DNA from: Bythopirellula sp.
Lineage (GTDB): Bacteria; Planctomycetota; Planctomycetia; Pirellulales; Lacipirellulaceae
DNA: 64,000 nt
NCBI GenBank assembly: GCA_028285205.1
Contig: JANQQA010000294.1
Location: 2,021 to 66,020, forward strand
Direction of reading: 5' to 3'
The notes beneath the pieces were generated by a model. The model was given only the letters and a program-made list of their open reading frames with translations. It was not told the DNA's origin and searched no databases. Positions 34,271 through 43,970 of this stretch are shown in pieces. How positions within the stretch are numbered: position 1 is the stretch's first letter; each line of letters starts with the position of its first letter. The position numbers and the translations under genes were made by a program.

Positions 34271-35041
34271 TCAACCCTCGTAAATAACCGCTGAATAATC
34301 TTCGTAGTACTTCCCTTCACGCAGAGGCAGCAGACTGCGATGCCGACCGTCCCCGTTGTAGCCGTACACTTCCGGGGCATGGTCGCGCTGGTCTTTCTGG
34401 ATGGAAGCCATCAACGCCTGCTGGAACTGTTGCGTGAAAGTCCCCGGCCCGCCGTCCAGTTGTTGTTCTGCCGCCGCAAGGCACGCCATCAGCACCGTTT
34501 CCCCATGCTCCACCGCGCCGTAGGGGTAGACTGAGGATGAAGTCAGCGCATCAGGGTTGATCGACTGCATGCCAACCAGCGTGTAGGCCGCATCGGGAGC
34601 CGGGTACACGTGTAACTTCCACAACTGCCCGCTGGTTACGGTGTTTCGCGTCACCACTTCGGCGAAAATGCGCGGATACGAATCGGTTTGCGTATTCGCC
34701 GACCGCTCGTTTTGAATATCGTTCATCAGCCGCTTGGTGACAGTCCCATAGCCGTTGTCGTCGGACTGGAAGTGCAGATCACCAATCACGCCGCCGAAAT
34801 CGTGCGGCATCTCGTAGGCGTCAATTCCGTTCTGCAACGGCAAGCGAAACTCAACTTGTAGAAAGCTCCAGCGATGCCCCACTTCCGGCCGCAGGAACTT
34901 GCGGTATCCGGAATCAATCACCGACGTAATGTTGTCGGTCTCTTCACTCGAAAGGCCAGACACATCACGCGACCCGTGAAGCTCCCACGCAACACGGGCG
35001 CGTATCTCGGAAAACGTGATGGCGAGGGAAGAGATCGTCAT
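34271..35041 (-). CDS. Head-tail adaptor / tail tubular A-like protein
   Basis: 256 aa. The call rests on position and general resemblance to podovirus adaptor proteins, and the functional part is weak. Confidence 0.75.
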   Translation of the reverse strand: MTISSLAITFSEIRARVAWELHGSRDVSGLSSEETDNITSVIDSGYRKFLRPEVGHRWSFLQVEFRLPLQNGIDAYEMPHDFGGVIGDLHFQSDDNGYGTVTKRLMNDIQNERSANTQTDSYPRIFAEVVTRNTVTSGQLWKLHVYPAPDAAYTLVGMQSINPDALTSSSVYPYGAVEHGETVLMACLAAAEQQLDGGPGTFTQQFQQALMASIQKDQRDHAPEVYGYNGDGRHRSLLPLREGKYYEDYSAVIYEG

Positions 35042-35454
35042 GCTTCAACTAAGTTGACGTGAGTTTTTAGAATCGACTTGCGCTTGCCGTCGTGCTCGGC
35101 ACGCACGTAAACACGCTTCTTGTCTTTCTCGTTGATGCCATCGAACTCGCCGTTGAATGTTTTGTCGAAACCGTTCACCGTGTACTCAACCGGAGACCCT
35201 TTCTTAACTTCCGACCACTCGTTCAGTTGACCCAAGAACTCAGCCATGCGCCGCTCAAGGTCTTCGATACGGGTGATCGCTTCGTGATTCTCCAGCAGGA
35301 TTGCCAGTGTGTCGAAGTCCATTGAGGCGGAACGCGATCTCACCCGCTCGACACTCTCGACAAGGTGGTCGGGAAACGACGGGAACTCTTCTGCCTCCAG
35401 TCCGAGATAACGCGAATAGAATTCTGCGTGAGCACGCTCTTTGAATTTCGCCAT
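35038..35454 (-). CDS. Hypothetical virion-module protein
   Basis: 138 aa with an ATGA overlap to the downstream gene. Confidence 0.75.
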   Translation of the reverse strand: MAKFKERAHAEFYSRYLGLEAEEFPSFPDHLVESVERVRSRSASMDFDTLAILLENHEAITRIEDLERRMAEFLGQLNEWSEVKKGSPVEYTVNGFDKTFNGEFDGINEKDKKRVYVRAEHDGKRKSILKTHVNLVEA

Positions 35455-35475
35455 CGTTCCGCCTACTTGGGTTGT

Positions 35476-35534
35476 GTTCCGTTGTGGGGCGGGGAGTAGC
35501 GAGAGGGGTTAAACCTCCCCGCCCCAAGCGGAAC
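35476..35534 (-). other. Very stable RNA hairpin (17 bp) without U-tail
   Basis: GTTCCG-ttgt-GGGGCGGGGAG, an 18-nt loop, then CTCCCCGCCCC-aag-CGGAAC. Confidence 0.7.
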
Positions 35535-35541
35535 GGTTTCA

Positions 35542-35700
35542 TCAGGACGTTTGAGACTTCACGCTCTTGCAAATCTTGTCGGCCACTTTCTGGTGGTCGA
35601 TCATGTTCGTCTTGCTGCAGCAGCCCTCTTCCGGGGGCGTGTAGCGGGACGACTTCTTGCCGCCAGAATTCTTGTTGTGGGACTTCTTGCCGTATTTCAT
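35542..35700 (-). CDS. 52-aa Lys-rich peptide
   Basis: MKYGKKSHNKNSGGKKSSRYTPPEEGCCSKTNMIDHQKVADKICKSVKSQTS*. GGAGAG lies 4 nt upstream of the ATG. Confidence 0.5.
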   Translation of the reverse strand: MKYGKKSHNKNSGGKKSSRYTPPEEGCCSKTNMIDHQKVADKICKSVKSQTS

Positions 35701-35721
35701 GGTTCTCTCCATGTTGAATGT

Positions 35722-35762
35722 CAGAAAAACTCGGTAGGGGCGTATCAAAACCACCCCTACCG
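35722..35762 (-). terminator. Rho-independent terminator after the capsid-associated gene
   Basis: On the minus strand: CGGTAGGGG, a 13-nt loop, CCCCTACCG, then AGTTTTT. Confidence 0.7.
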
Positions 35763-35773
35763 AAGGGGGAACA

Positions 35774-36565
35774 TCAGGCAACGCGCTTGTGAGCAACGCG
35801 AACCCAGTCAATGTCAAAGTTCAGCGACGCCGCCGAACCGACCTTGGCGGCGAAGAACGGAACCAGACCGACGTTGTCGGGGAAGTTGGTGGCGCTCTCC
35901 AAAACCGAAGTGCCCTGCTCAACTTCATCGATGAAGAACTTGACCTTGCCGGTTCCGCTGTTGAAGAAGAACTCGGCCTTCGTCCAAGTGTCGGCGACGA
36001 GAGTGGCTGCACCGTCCACCAATTGAGTGACGGAACTCCCATTCTCACCGTGGATGATGTCGAGCGAGTCGCCATCAGCCTGCAAGGTCTGGAAGCCAAC
36101 CACGCTGATTTGGGTAAGGGCAGCGGTGTCATTGGCCTGGAACACGTCGTTCCCCGCCGCTAACCCATCCTCACACAACCCGAACGCGATGCCGTTCACG
36201 TTGTCGGCAATGCTCGACGTGCGGAACCGGCAGCCGAAAGCAACGTCGCCGCTTCCCTTGTCGATCATCGCCATCGTGCCGCCATCGCTACCGCCGTGAA
36301 TCCATGCCTCCTCGTTGTCGTCGGTGGACAACGCGATGCGCAGGAAGCCCAGTTCTTCGTCTGCCACAAGGGCAATCGAAGCGTTGTCGTCACTTTCGTC
36401 CATCACCCACGGTAGGCCCGTAGTGTTCAGGGTGCGAAAGTCATCGTGAAACAGGAACAAGTCGCCCCGCTGCAATCCCGCCGCAGCATCGAAATGCCGC
36501 CAGACGGCCGGAGTCGGAGTCGTGCGACCCGTCATTGGACCTTCGTAATCGACTGTGAAACTCAT
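35774..36565 (-). CDS. Jelly-roll/LamG-like virion protein (capsid decoration candidate)
   Basis: 263 aa directly after the capsid gene and followed by a terminator. The fold assignment is an impression only. Confidence 0.8.
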   Translation of the reverse strand: MSFTVDYEGPMTGRTTPTPAVWRHFDAAAGLQRGDLFLFHDDFRTLNTTGLPWVMDESDDNASIALVADEELGFLRIALSTDDNEEAWIHGGSDGGTMAMIDKGSGDVAFGCRFRTSSIADNVNGIAFGLCEDGLAAGNDVFQANDTAALTQISVVGFQTLQADGDSLDIIHGENGSSVTQLVDGAATLVADTWTKAEFFFNSGTGKVKFFIDEVEQGTSVLESATNFPDNVGLVPFFAAKVGSAASLNFDIDWVRVAHKRVA

Positions 36566-36611
36566 GGAAAATCTCCTGTATTGAAATCACGCGAACGTGA
36601 CAGAATCAGAA

Positions 36612-37685
36612 TTACGCAGCGGTTGCGAAGACCGCATTGCGGCGACGGTTCAGGCAAATGAAGTTGTACGAAAGGTCGGTGAAGACCCTCCATTTGTTGT
36701 GTTGGCCCGGAGCCATGATCGGCTTCGACTCTTCGATGTAGTCGCCTTCCAGCACGACCGGGTAGAACGTGCCGTGATCGACCATGTAGACCGCGCCGGT
36801 TGCCGTCCCTGCGCCCGTACTATCGAGGTACGGAACCCAGATGATCGGGTGGCCGCGAAACATCAGTTCCCCCGCGCCCACGTCCTTGACGCCTCCATAC
36901 GGGGCGAGGTCGCGACCGAGGTTTTCGTTCTGCGATTCACCAATGTCTTCGAGCGACGCCACGGTCGCTTCGTCAACGTAGATGCGCAGGTTTTTGCCAG
37001 CGTTCCCCGTGTAGTCGTGAGACTTCACCGGCGACTTCCAGCCGATCTTGCGTTTGCCCGTCCGCATCTTCTTGATGAGGTCCGGCTTATCGACCGTCGT
37101 GTAAGTCACGCTGTAGTTCTTGTAGTTCGCTGCGGTTGTCAGATCGACGCCCGCAACTGTCGTGTGACCGCTCGCCGCACCACCCGTGAATCCGTCCGTC
37201 GCGTTGTACACGATGTAATACGGCAGCCCATAGGGGGTGAGGTTTTCGGTCGAAGAACTCGGCGCAGCCCATGCCTTTTCTTCCAACTCCTGCGCCAAGT
37301 CGATCATCGCACCTGTGCGCCGAGGGAGCAGGACGTTGGTAATCATGGACTTGCCGCGATTCATCAGCGCTTCGCGACGATCAAACGCCCAACTGGTGAT
37401 CGCGTGTCGCCACGGGACTTGCAGTTGAGTCGTCAGATCGGGAATGCCCGCGCTGTCAGTGGCATCGAGGCCGACGTGGGACGCAGCGCCCGATGTCTTG
37501 TACATCAGATTGCGCTGAATTCCGTACCCGTCACCAAACATGACCTTGTCGGCTTTGAGCCACTTGCCCATCACTTCGTAGTCTTGAAGCTCTGCGGCAA
37601 TCTGCTCGAACTTGTTTGGTCCGAGGTCACGCAGCGTCAACGCTACGAGATCGCCGTAATCATCGGCTTGAACAGTAACTGCCAT
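36612..37685 (-). CDS. Major capsid protein
   Basis: 357 aa, positioned between the scaffold-like gene and the decoration-like gene. Confidence 0.85.
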   Translation of the reverse strand: MAVTVQADDYGDLVALTLRDLGPNKFEQIAAELQDYEVMGKWLKADKVMFGDGYGIQRNLMYKTSGAASHVGLDATDSAGIPDLTTQLQVPWRHAITSWAFDRREALMNRGKSMITNVLLPRRTGAMIDLAQELEEKAWAAPSSSTENLTPYGLPYYIVYNATDGFTGGAASGHTTVAGVDLTTAANYKNYSVTYTTVDKPDLIKKMRTGKRKIGWKSPVKSHDYTGNAGKNLRIYVDEATVASLEDIGESQNENLGRDLAPYGGVKDVGAGELMFRGHPIIWVPYLDSTGAGTATGAVYMVDHGTFYPVVLEGDYIEESKPIMAPGQHNKWRVFTDLSYNFICLNRRRNAVFATAA

Positions 37686-37704
37686 TTGGATAACTCCTTA
37701 TGAA

Positions 37705-38844
37705 TCAGAACCCAAAAGAGCCGCTTTCCTGCAGAGGCTGCCCGCTTTGGAGAGCGTTAAACCCCGCTTCCCAAGTCTGCGCGGCGCGATCCAATCCCGA
37801 TTCACCGCCGGATGATTTGCGCTGAGTCGGTCGGGCCTGCCGCTGCTTGGTTCGCTTGGCGGTCTCGTTCTGGAGTTCTTTTCTTGCAATGGTTTTGGAA
37901 TGGCCGTTGGAAACCGACGCCAACGCGCGGTCGAGAATCTCCGCCCGGCTTTCGCCGGGGAAAATCTCCGCGAGTTTGTCGGCGGCTTGGAACACGTTCT
38001 TGCGAAACCCGTACTCCGGCGTCATGCGATCCATTCGATTGCTGTCGCCTTCACCGAGCAACGACTTGTATTCCTCACCCTTTCCATTGGCCCACGTGTC
38101 AAACTCTTTGATTTTTTCCAGATCCTGTTGCTGCGTGAGCAGCTGTTGCTGGCTTTGCGTATGACCCATCATGTCATTCACTTGCTGCTGCAACTGGGAG
38201 ATCTGTTGTCCGTAATGCTGTTGCAGTTGCTGAAATTGTGATGCGTTGTGCTGGTTCATCGCGTCAAGCTGGCCGACGACAGATTCGTCAGCCAATTCCA
38301 AGCTTTCGCGGTCCATCTCGTACGGCTTGAACTCAGGTGGCGTATCTGCCACCGTCGCCTGCTGCTGTTCGGGCTGGGGCCGCATACGCTCGAACTCTGC
38401 TGCGGAGACTGCCGCAGCCAATGCAGCGTCGTTCGGGAACCTGGCCACGTTGGTCCAGTCCCAACCGAGTTGTGCTGCACGCTGTAGAATGGCCGCGTCG
38501 TATTTCGGCCCAGCGTCTTCGCTCACTTCTGGAGCGGATTCATCGGTGAATGCAGGCTGAGAACCATCATCCTCAACCTCTTCCCCGGATTCTTCGGACT
38601 CCACTTCTTCGGTGTCGTCCGGTGTTTCCTCTGATTCTTCCGTGTCATCTTGAACTGGCTTGCTGGGGTCTTGCACCGCGTATTCTTGCGACAACTGCTC
38701 CTCTGGAGTCAGTTCAGGTGCCTCATCTGTTTCGACCGCCGTATCCGCTTCGGGGTCCAAGTGTTTCTCGCCAAGCGATTCGATGAACATTCCGCAGACT
38801 CCGCTAATGCCAAAAGAAAAGAGGCCAGCGGCGAACGACGCCAC
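37705..38844 (-). CDS. Scaffolding-like protein (acidic, Gln-rich)
   Basis: 379 aa, positioned between portal and capsid. GTG start, with an alternative ATG at 38790. Confidence 0.8.
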   Translation of the reverse strand: MASFAAGLFSFGISGVCGMFIESLGEKHLDPEADTAVETDEAPELTPEEQLSQEYAVQDPSKPVQDDTEESEETPDDTEEVESEESGEEVEDDGSQPAFTDESAPEVSEDAGPKYDAAILQRAAQLGWDWTNVARFPNDAALAAAVSAAEFERMRPQPEQQQATVADTPPEFKPYEMDRESLELADESVVGQLDAMNQHNASQFQQLQQHYGQQISQLQQQVNDMMGHTQSQQQLLTQQQDLEKIKEFDTWANGKGEEYKSLLGEGDSNRMDRMTPEYGFRKNVFQAADKLAEIFPGESRAEILDRALASVSNGHSKTIARKELQNETAKRTKQRQARPTQRKSSGGESGLDRAAQTWEAGFNALQSGQPLQESGSFGF

Positions 38845-38957
38845 TAGCCTCTGACTAGGCAGTGAAGAGTCAGCTTCTTGACGGGAGCAACCCCGCCTTC
38901 AGCCCACCGAAACCAGCAGCATGTCGCCGCTGGCCTCTGCTAGTTGTCAAAGTCTCG

Positions 38958-39371
38958 TTACCACTTATTACGGTCGCCATAGCGCAGCGCGTGCAACACC
39001 CTTTCGGCGACCCTGTTTTCTATTTCTTTGTAATGCGCGACTGTAAACGCCTCTGTCGCCAGCCGCTTATTCCACCACGAGACTATGCACACAATCCGAA
39101 AGTGCTGCATTGGGTGATAGTGGCAATACACCGATACGTCCTGTTGTGGGCATTCCGACTTCACGACGTCGCAAACAATGCGCTTAACGTCGCCCTGAAA
39201 ATCTGAGAGATTGGACCGCCGCAACCCCAATCCACTGTAATCAATCGAACTCAGCGTTTTGTCTTCACCGCCATGCAGAACAGCCGTGTCAGCAGCCTCA
39301 GTTCCGCGCGTAACCCCGCACAACGCACCAAGCGACGCTACTGTTCTGCCGATGAATCTGCGTCGGTTCAT
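38958..39371 (-). CDS. Tat-signal protein of unknown function
   Basis: MNRRRFIGRTVASLGALCGV matches the twin-arginine consensus (S/T)RRxF(L/I). ATGA overlap with the upstream gene. Confidence 0.75.
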   Translation of the reverse strand: MNRRRFIGRTVASLGALCGVTRGTEAADTAVLHGGEDKTLSSIDYSGLGLRRSNLSDFQGDVKRIVCDVVKSECPQQDVSVYCHYHPMQHFRIVCIVSWWNKRLATEAFTVAHYKEIENRVAERVLHALRYGDRNKW

Positions 39372-39649
39372 TGTGTCACCAACTCAATCAATTCAAATCG
39401 GGCCATTTCCAATCGGCACCGCACAGAGTCCTCAAATGACTCCTGTTTCATTTCTGCTGGATCAACCTCAAAACTTGTCGTCCGATTTGGCTCACCCATG
39501 TCAACGTGAACTGTCCAGTTGGCGTTATCATGTGGGTCAACGGCGTTGACGCCGGTGATGTCCTTGTGTGTCTCTGCAAACTTCTTGAACAGCGGCCACA
39601 CTCGACCGCGAAACTCGAACCACCGCTCGCCTGTGGCCATTCCCCTCAC
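39368..39649 (-). CDS. Hypothetical protein
   Basis: 93 aa with a GTGA overlap to the upstream stop. Confidence 0.7.
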   Translation of the reverse strand: MRGMATGERWFEFRGRVWPLFKKFAETHKDITGVNAVDPHDNANWTVHVDMGEPNRTTSFEVDPAEMKQESFEDSVRCRLEMARFELIELVTQ

Positions 39650-40008
39650 CCATAGTAGCTATTCCGAAAATGAACCCGATACGCCTGCCGGTAAGCCCTG
39701 TAATGCGACTTGTCTCGCATAATCGGCCGACCGTCCCGCGTATATTCGGTCCCACCAACCCCCAAGCGGGCATCTTCTTTCACCCGCTCCGCAATGTTCT
39801 CTCTGTCCACCGCCAACGACTCACAGGCCATCGGGTAGTTGCTGGGGTTTGTTGAGACCACGCCAGCCAGTGGACCACCATCTATCGCCCGCAACGTCTC
39901 ACCACTATGCCTCAGCTTCCCGTCCTTCACACGCTCATGGTATTCGCTTGCTGTCATTTTGACAACGAACACTGTTCCACTTTGATTCTTGAATCTGTAT
40001 TTTGCCAT
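39646..40008 (-). CDS. Conserved hypothetical protein
   Basis: 120-aa ORF downstream of the portal gene. Confidence 0.75.
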   Translation of the reverse strand: MAKYRFKNQSGTVFVVKMTASEYHERVKDGKLRHSGETLRAIDGGPLAGVVSTNPSNYPMACESLAVDRENIAERVKEDARLGVGGTEYTRDGRPIMRDKSHYRAYRQAYRVHFRNSYYG

Positions 40009-40034
40009 CAGTATGATTCTCTTGCAATAGCAAA

Positions 40035-41789
40035 CTAAGCTGCCCCGCCTTGACCCATCAACTGTGCCATCATCTGCTGTTGCTGGTTATCTCCTTGGCG
40101 CGGGGTGATGTCGCGGCGGTTGTAGTTTCTGGTTGTCACGGGAGCCTGTCGTGGACGCTCGACTGCGGGGGAATCCATCGGGTTCACCTGAATCTGGTCG
40201 TTGAGAAGTTCGTCCAATTCAGGCAGGTCGCCATATTGCCCCACTCTGCGTAAGTATGCTCGCACATTTGCACCAATGCCCTGCTCGTGGAGCATCGGAA
40301 TAATTGGCAAAATGTCTTCCGCCCAAATCTGACGGAGCATCGCCAACTGTTGACCGGACGTGCGGTCGGTCATCGATTCCGGCTTGATGTCGAGGTTGTA
40401 CGAATTGTACTCGCCACGGCGAATGTCCACCTCACCGCCTTGCCCGTCCATCTGGTACGGCCAGCCGGTCTCGACTTCAATCGGTTGTCCCGCCCCGTTG
40501 TCCGTCCCCTCGATTCGTCTGACCACCGGAATCTGCACCAGCGGGTCATTCCACAGCCACCAGCCCGTGTCGGTCAGGACATTCTTGGTGAAGCGAATCA
40601 CCGCACCCTGCATGGAACTCATGCGCTGGCTCGCGCTCCCCGCCAACAGCTTCTCCTGCCCCAACGTATCTGCACCAGTAGATAATCCACCCAGCGTGTC
40701 GAGGTTGCCGCTGAGGTAGCTGAAACGATCCGACGCATGAATCGCGAACGCCAGTGTCGCTTGGTCCGCACCCCCAAACCGGATTTCTTTGATTCCTTCC
40801 GGGCTATTGACGCGAATTACCTGCCCGTCACCAGATCGCGTAATCCGCTGCCCGTCTTCCACCGCATTTCCTGAAACCGCCGTGACAGTTTTCTGCCGAG
40901 CCGCCTGCTCTCCCAGCTTGTTGTACAACTTGTTCGTCAGGTCGTGCATATCCCGCCATGATGCAACGGGGGGCAAAGGCATGAAGTTATTGGGAACCCA
41001 CGCAAAGCCGAGCATATGGTACGGCCCGTTCTCCGGGCCTTCCCAATCGGTCACACGCAACGGCTTGCGGGCATCTTCGGAGCCGAACGTGTAAATCTTC
41101 TGTTCGCGGGGCACCCAGATGTCCCACAGAGTCACACGCTCCCCGTAGGAATCCTCATGCAAGGGTGTCATGCTGCGGGAAATCTCAGCCACTTCCCCCT
41201 TTTTGCCGTTGAACTCGTCGTGCAGTTCTTTGACCGCCTTGCGATCATTTGCACTGTTGCTCTTGACGTCTTCTAAATCGACTTCGTACTTGTTTCCGAA
41301 GAACCGAGCTTGATCCCACCGCGTCGCTCCCGACTCATACACCCAGTCGTCCAGATCGACATTATCCACAAACGGCGTGTTGCCGTCGTGCAGGAACCCG
41401 TCGAACTCCGCACGATCTTCTCCCGTCACCCCCACCTTGACGATACCCGCCCCAAATAGCGCACCAATCACTGCGGCGCGGAGCGTGTCTTCCAGTCGGA
41501 TGCGGAGAATGATTTCGTTCAGCGCGTACTGGAATTCTTCTGCTGCGTCACGAAACCCGATGTGAGAAGTGACCACGCGCACCTGGGGCGCACGGGCTGC
41601 GAGGTGCTGGGTGTAGATATTCACCGCCAACTCAATCAGGTTGACGGGAACATTCTGACGACCGCCCCCGGTCGTGTAATGCGTACCGACGTACTGCTTG
41701 ACAGCCTGTAGCCGGTTCTTGCGGTAGTCTTCCAGCGATGCGTGCGATCGCTTGACCGATTCCCGCAGCTTGTCAAATTGCTTTTCCAT
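40035..41789 (-). CDS. Portal protein
   Basis: 584 aa immediately downstream of the large terminase. Size and order are typical. Confidence 0.85.
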   Translation of the reverse strand: MEKQFDKLRESVKRSHASLEDYRKNRLQAVKQYVGTHYTTGGGRQNVPVNLIELAVNIYTQHLAARAPQVRVVTSHIGFRDAAEEFQYALNEIILRIRLEDTLRAAVIGALFGAGIVKVGVTGEDRAEFDGFLHDGNTPFVDNVDLDDWVYESGATRWDQARFFGNKYEVDLEDVKSNSANDRKAVKELHDEFNGKKGEVAEISRSMTPLHEDSYGERVTLWDIWVPREQKIYTFGSEDARKPLRVTDWEGPENGPYHMLGFAWVPNNFMPLPPVASWRDMHDLTNKLYNKLGEQAARQKTVTAVSGNAVEDGQRITRSGDGQVIRVNSPEGIKEIRFGGADQATLAFAIHASDRFSYLSGNLDTLGGLSTGADTLGQEKLLAGSASQRMSSMQGAVIRFTKNVLTDTGWWLWNDPLVQIPVVRRIEGTDNGAGQPIEVETGWPYQMDGQGGEVDIRRGEYNSYNLDIKPESMTDRTSGQQLAMLRQIWAEDILPIIPMLHEQGIGANVRAYLRRVGQYGDLPELDELLNDQIQVNPMDSPAVERPRQAPVTTRNYNRRDITPRQGDNQQQQMMAQLMGQGGAA

Positions 41790-41863
41790 TCAGGGTGCAT
41801 CCACACCCTCTCGCTGAATGAATCCCCATTATCACTAAATTTGTTTGCGCAACGCAAGGTCGC

Positions 41864-43744
41864 TTACACATAGTCCCGCCAGTACGATGGCTGATCCGCC
41901 ATCTTCCGCAATTGCTCCCTCTGATTCCGCCGCCACTGAAACGAACCCAGCTTCGCCTCTTCCGGCCTCTCCTCCGGCTTCGGGGCCGGAATGTCCTCAA
42001 CGCCAAACCACGCCAGCGCACACGCAATCGCCGAGTCACCGTGCCCCTTGCCCTTTGACCCGTCGTCCGACGTTCCCTGCTCGGCCGCGTGAACCAGAAT
42101 ACCACCCTTGAAGAAGTATTGCCCGCACTCCGTCACGATGCGACCGGACTTGATGACGCACTTGTCCATCGCAATCGCCTGCTCTAGGTTGGACAGCACC
42201 TTTTCGCCCTTGTCTTGATTCTGGTATCCCGGCTTGTTGGTTTTTTTTCTGAAGTCACTGTGGCCCGATTCGCGGTAGTACAGATTCGGATAGCTGGCGC
42301 GCAGCACTTCGCGAATAAACTCCGTCCCACCACCCCCGGCATTCACTTCGGGAACCATGTAGGCGTGATGAAACCACTTCCCCATCGCAACAGCCAGTTT
42401 GGCGAACTCCCACGGCTTGATTTTGTTGCTACTGAACTCAGCCACTTGATGCCCCGTGTTTTTGTCGATCACCACAATCGCCGAGTAGGCCGAACCCGTG
42501 CCGCGTGAAATATCAACCCCCATCGAGTAGTGACCTTCCGGTACAAGCAGCGCGCCTTCACTGTTGACGAGGCTGCACCACAACTCCACGTTCCCGGAAG
42601 CGTGCTTCATAAAGTACGGCTCTAACGTGTCTTCGTCGTATTGAAGTTTTCCCCTGATAACCGGGTCTTCTGTCAGACCTTTCGCCTTTTGCAGAATGTC
42701 GCCGCTGAACAGCCGGGACGTGGCACCACCGAAATCCTTGTCCAGTTCCGCTGCGATGGAAGCGGGGGATGAGTTTGGACGGCGGCACTCGAAGTCGTAA
42801 TACGGCGACCGCATCTTGCCGTCGAGAATGAACTTGTAGGCGTAAGGATGCTTGTACTTGGGGTCCAGTTTTTCCAGTTTGCCATCGTGAGACGTGTAAA
42901 GCCCTGCCGCCTTTTCCGCATCGTCCTTCCAGTCGATGTCGATTAACAACCGGTCTTTCGTGTCGTCCATTACCGCATCGTAGAACGCACCGGACTGGCC
43001 ACGTTTCTTATTCGGGGTGGAGACGTAGACGCGGGAGCGGGTGACGTGTTGCACAGAATCCATCACTTCCACGTCTTTGCCGACCGGGAAGGAATGCAGT
43101 TCGTCCATGAACCACCACAATTTTCTTCCTCCACGGCCCATGTTTCCGCCGGTCGCAAAGCCGGAGATCGTCGAACCGTTCCGCGCATTGACGATTACAT
43201 GCGTCTTCGTGCGGTGATACCAGTCCACCCCTTCCGTCCCCCGCATCCACAACGGCAAACGGTTGATGATGAACTTGATCTTGGAGAACAGCGAGTCGGG
43301 GTTTTCGGGATCGTCTACGGAGTTCTCATCTTTCGACGACATGCCGATGTGCGTCTGGTCGTGGAATCGCCAGTCCCACTCAGCCAGAGCAATGAACATC
43401 CAAGTTGCGCCAGTTTCGCGAGATTTGAGCACGCAGATGTCGCGCTTGCCCAAGTCCTTGACGGCCCGCATGACGACGCGGTCTTGATAATCGCGAGTCA
43501 GAAACGGAATCTCTTTGGCTGTCTCGCCCCACTTCGTATCCTGCTGCCAAGTGGCTGCGTCTCTCGGTTCCAGCAACCAGTGCATGAGGTTGAAGTAGTA
43601 GAGCGGGTCGCGCGAGCAGGCGATCCACACCTCTTGCCGGTACTCTTCGTCGTAAACGCAGCGTTCGAGAACGTGCTTGCGCCATGCGACGTGAGCAGCA
43701 GGGTTCTTTGGGCAGTAGCGTTTGTAGAATTCGTTAGTCGCCAA
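41864..43744 (-). CDS. terL: Terminase large subunit
   Basis: 626 aa with the ATPase region VLKSRETGATWMFIALAE and a C-terminal nuclease-size domain. TTG start. Confidence 0.85.
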   Translation of the reverse strand: MATNEFYKRYCPKNPAAHVAWRKHVLERCVYDEEYRQEVWIACSRDPLYYFNLMHWLLEPRDAATWQQDTKWGETAKEIPFLTRDYQDRVVMRAVKDLGKRDICVLKSRETGATWMFIALAEWDWRFHDQTHIGMSSKDENSVDDPENPDSLFSKIKFIINRLPLWMRGTEGVDWYHRTKTHVIVNARNGSTISGFATGGNMGRGGRKLWWFMDELHSFPVGKDVEVMDSVQHVTRSRVYVSTPNKKRGQSGAFYDAVMDDTKDRLLIDIDWKDDAEKAAGLYTSHDGKLEKLDPKYKHPYAYKFILDGKMRSPYYDFECRRPNSSPASIAAELDKDFGGATSRLFSGDILQKAKGLTEDPVIRGKLQYDEDTLEPYFMKHASGNVELWCSLVNSEGALLVPEGHYSMGVDISRGTGSAYSAIVVIDKNTGHQVAEFSSNKIKPWEFAKLAVAMGKWFHHAYMVPEVNAGGGGTEFIREVLRASYPNLYYRESGHSDFRKKTNKPGYQNQDKGEKVLSNLEQAIAMDKCVIKSGRIVTECGQYFFKGGILVHAAEQGTSDDGSKGKGHGDSAIACALAWFGVEDIPAPKPEERPEEAKLGSFQWRRNQREQLRKMADQPSYWRDYV

Positions 43745-43970
43745 TCATCTCAGCCGGTTCTCCCTCTCGCCATGCCGCCAAAATTGCCTTATCCAGTCGT
43801 GGGCCCAATTCTTCCATAATCCTTGAGACTATTTCCCCGATGAGCTTCGACCTCACCTCCGCCACCACATGACGTGGGTCCATCGACAAGTCCCTATCAG
43901 AAATCTCCCCCTGAAAGTGATGCGATCTGGACATTTCGCTTTTCCACGACTCAACGAACGAAGCACTCAT
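43734..43970 (-). CDS. Hypothetical protein
   Basis: ATG 43970 with an ATGA overlap to the upstream stop. Confidence 0.65.
   Translation of the reverse strand: MSASFVESWKSEMSRSHHFQGEISDRDLSMDPRHVVAEVRSKLIGEIVSRIMEELGPRLDKAILAAWREGEPAEMIGD

Noticed and set aside
36597-37703. A 368-aa plus-strand ORF covers the major capsid gene. Similar antisense ORFs occur at 43046..43819, 12342..13049, 59355..60113 and 62367..63035.
   Set aside because: Each is antisense to a gene with a recognisable family motif (capsid, terminase, lipase, HNH, ERF). The composition is typical of shadow frames.
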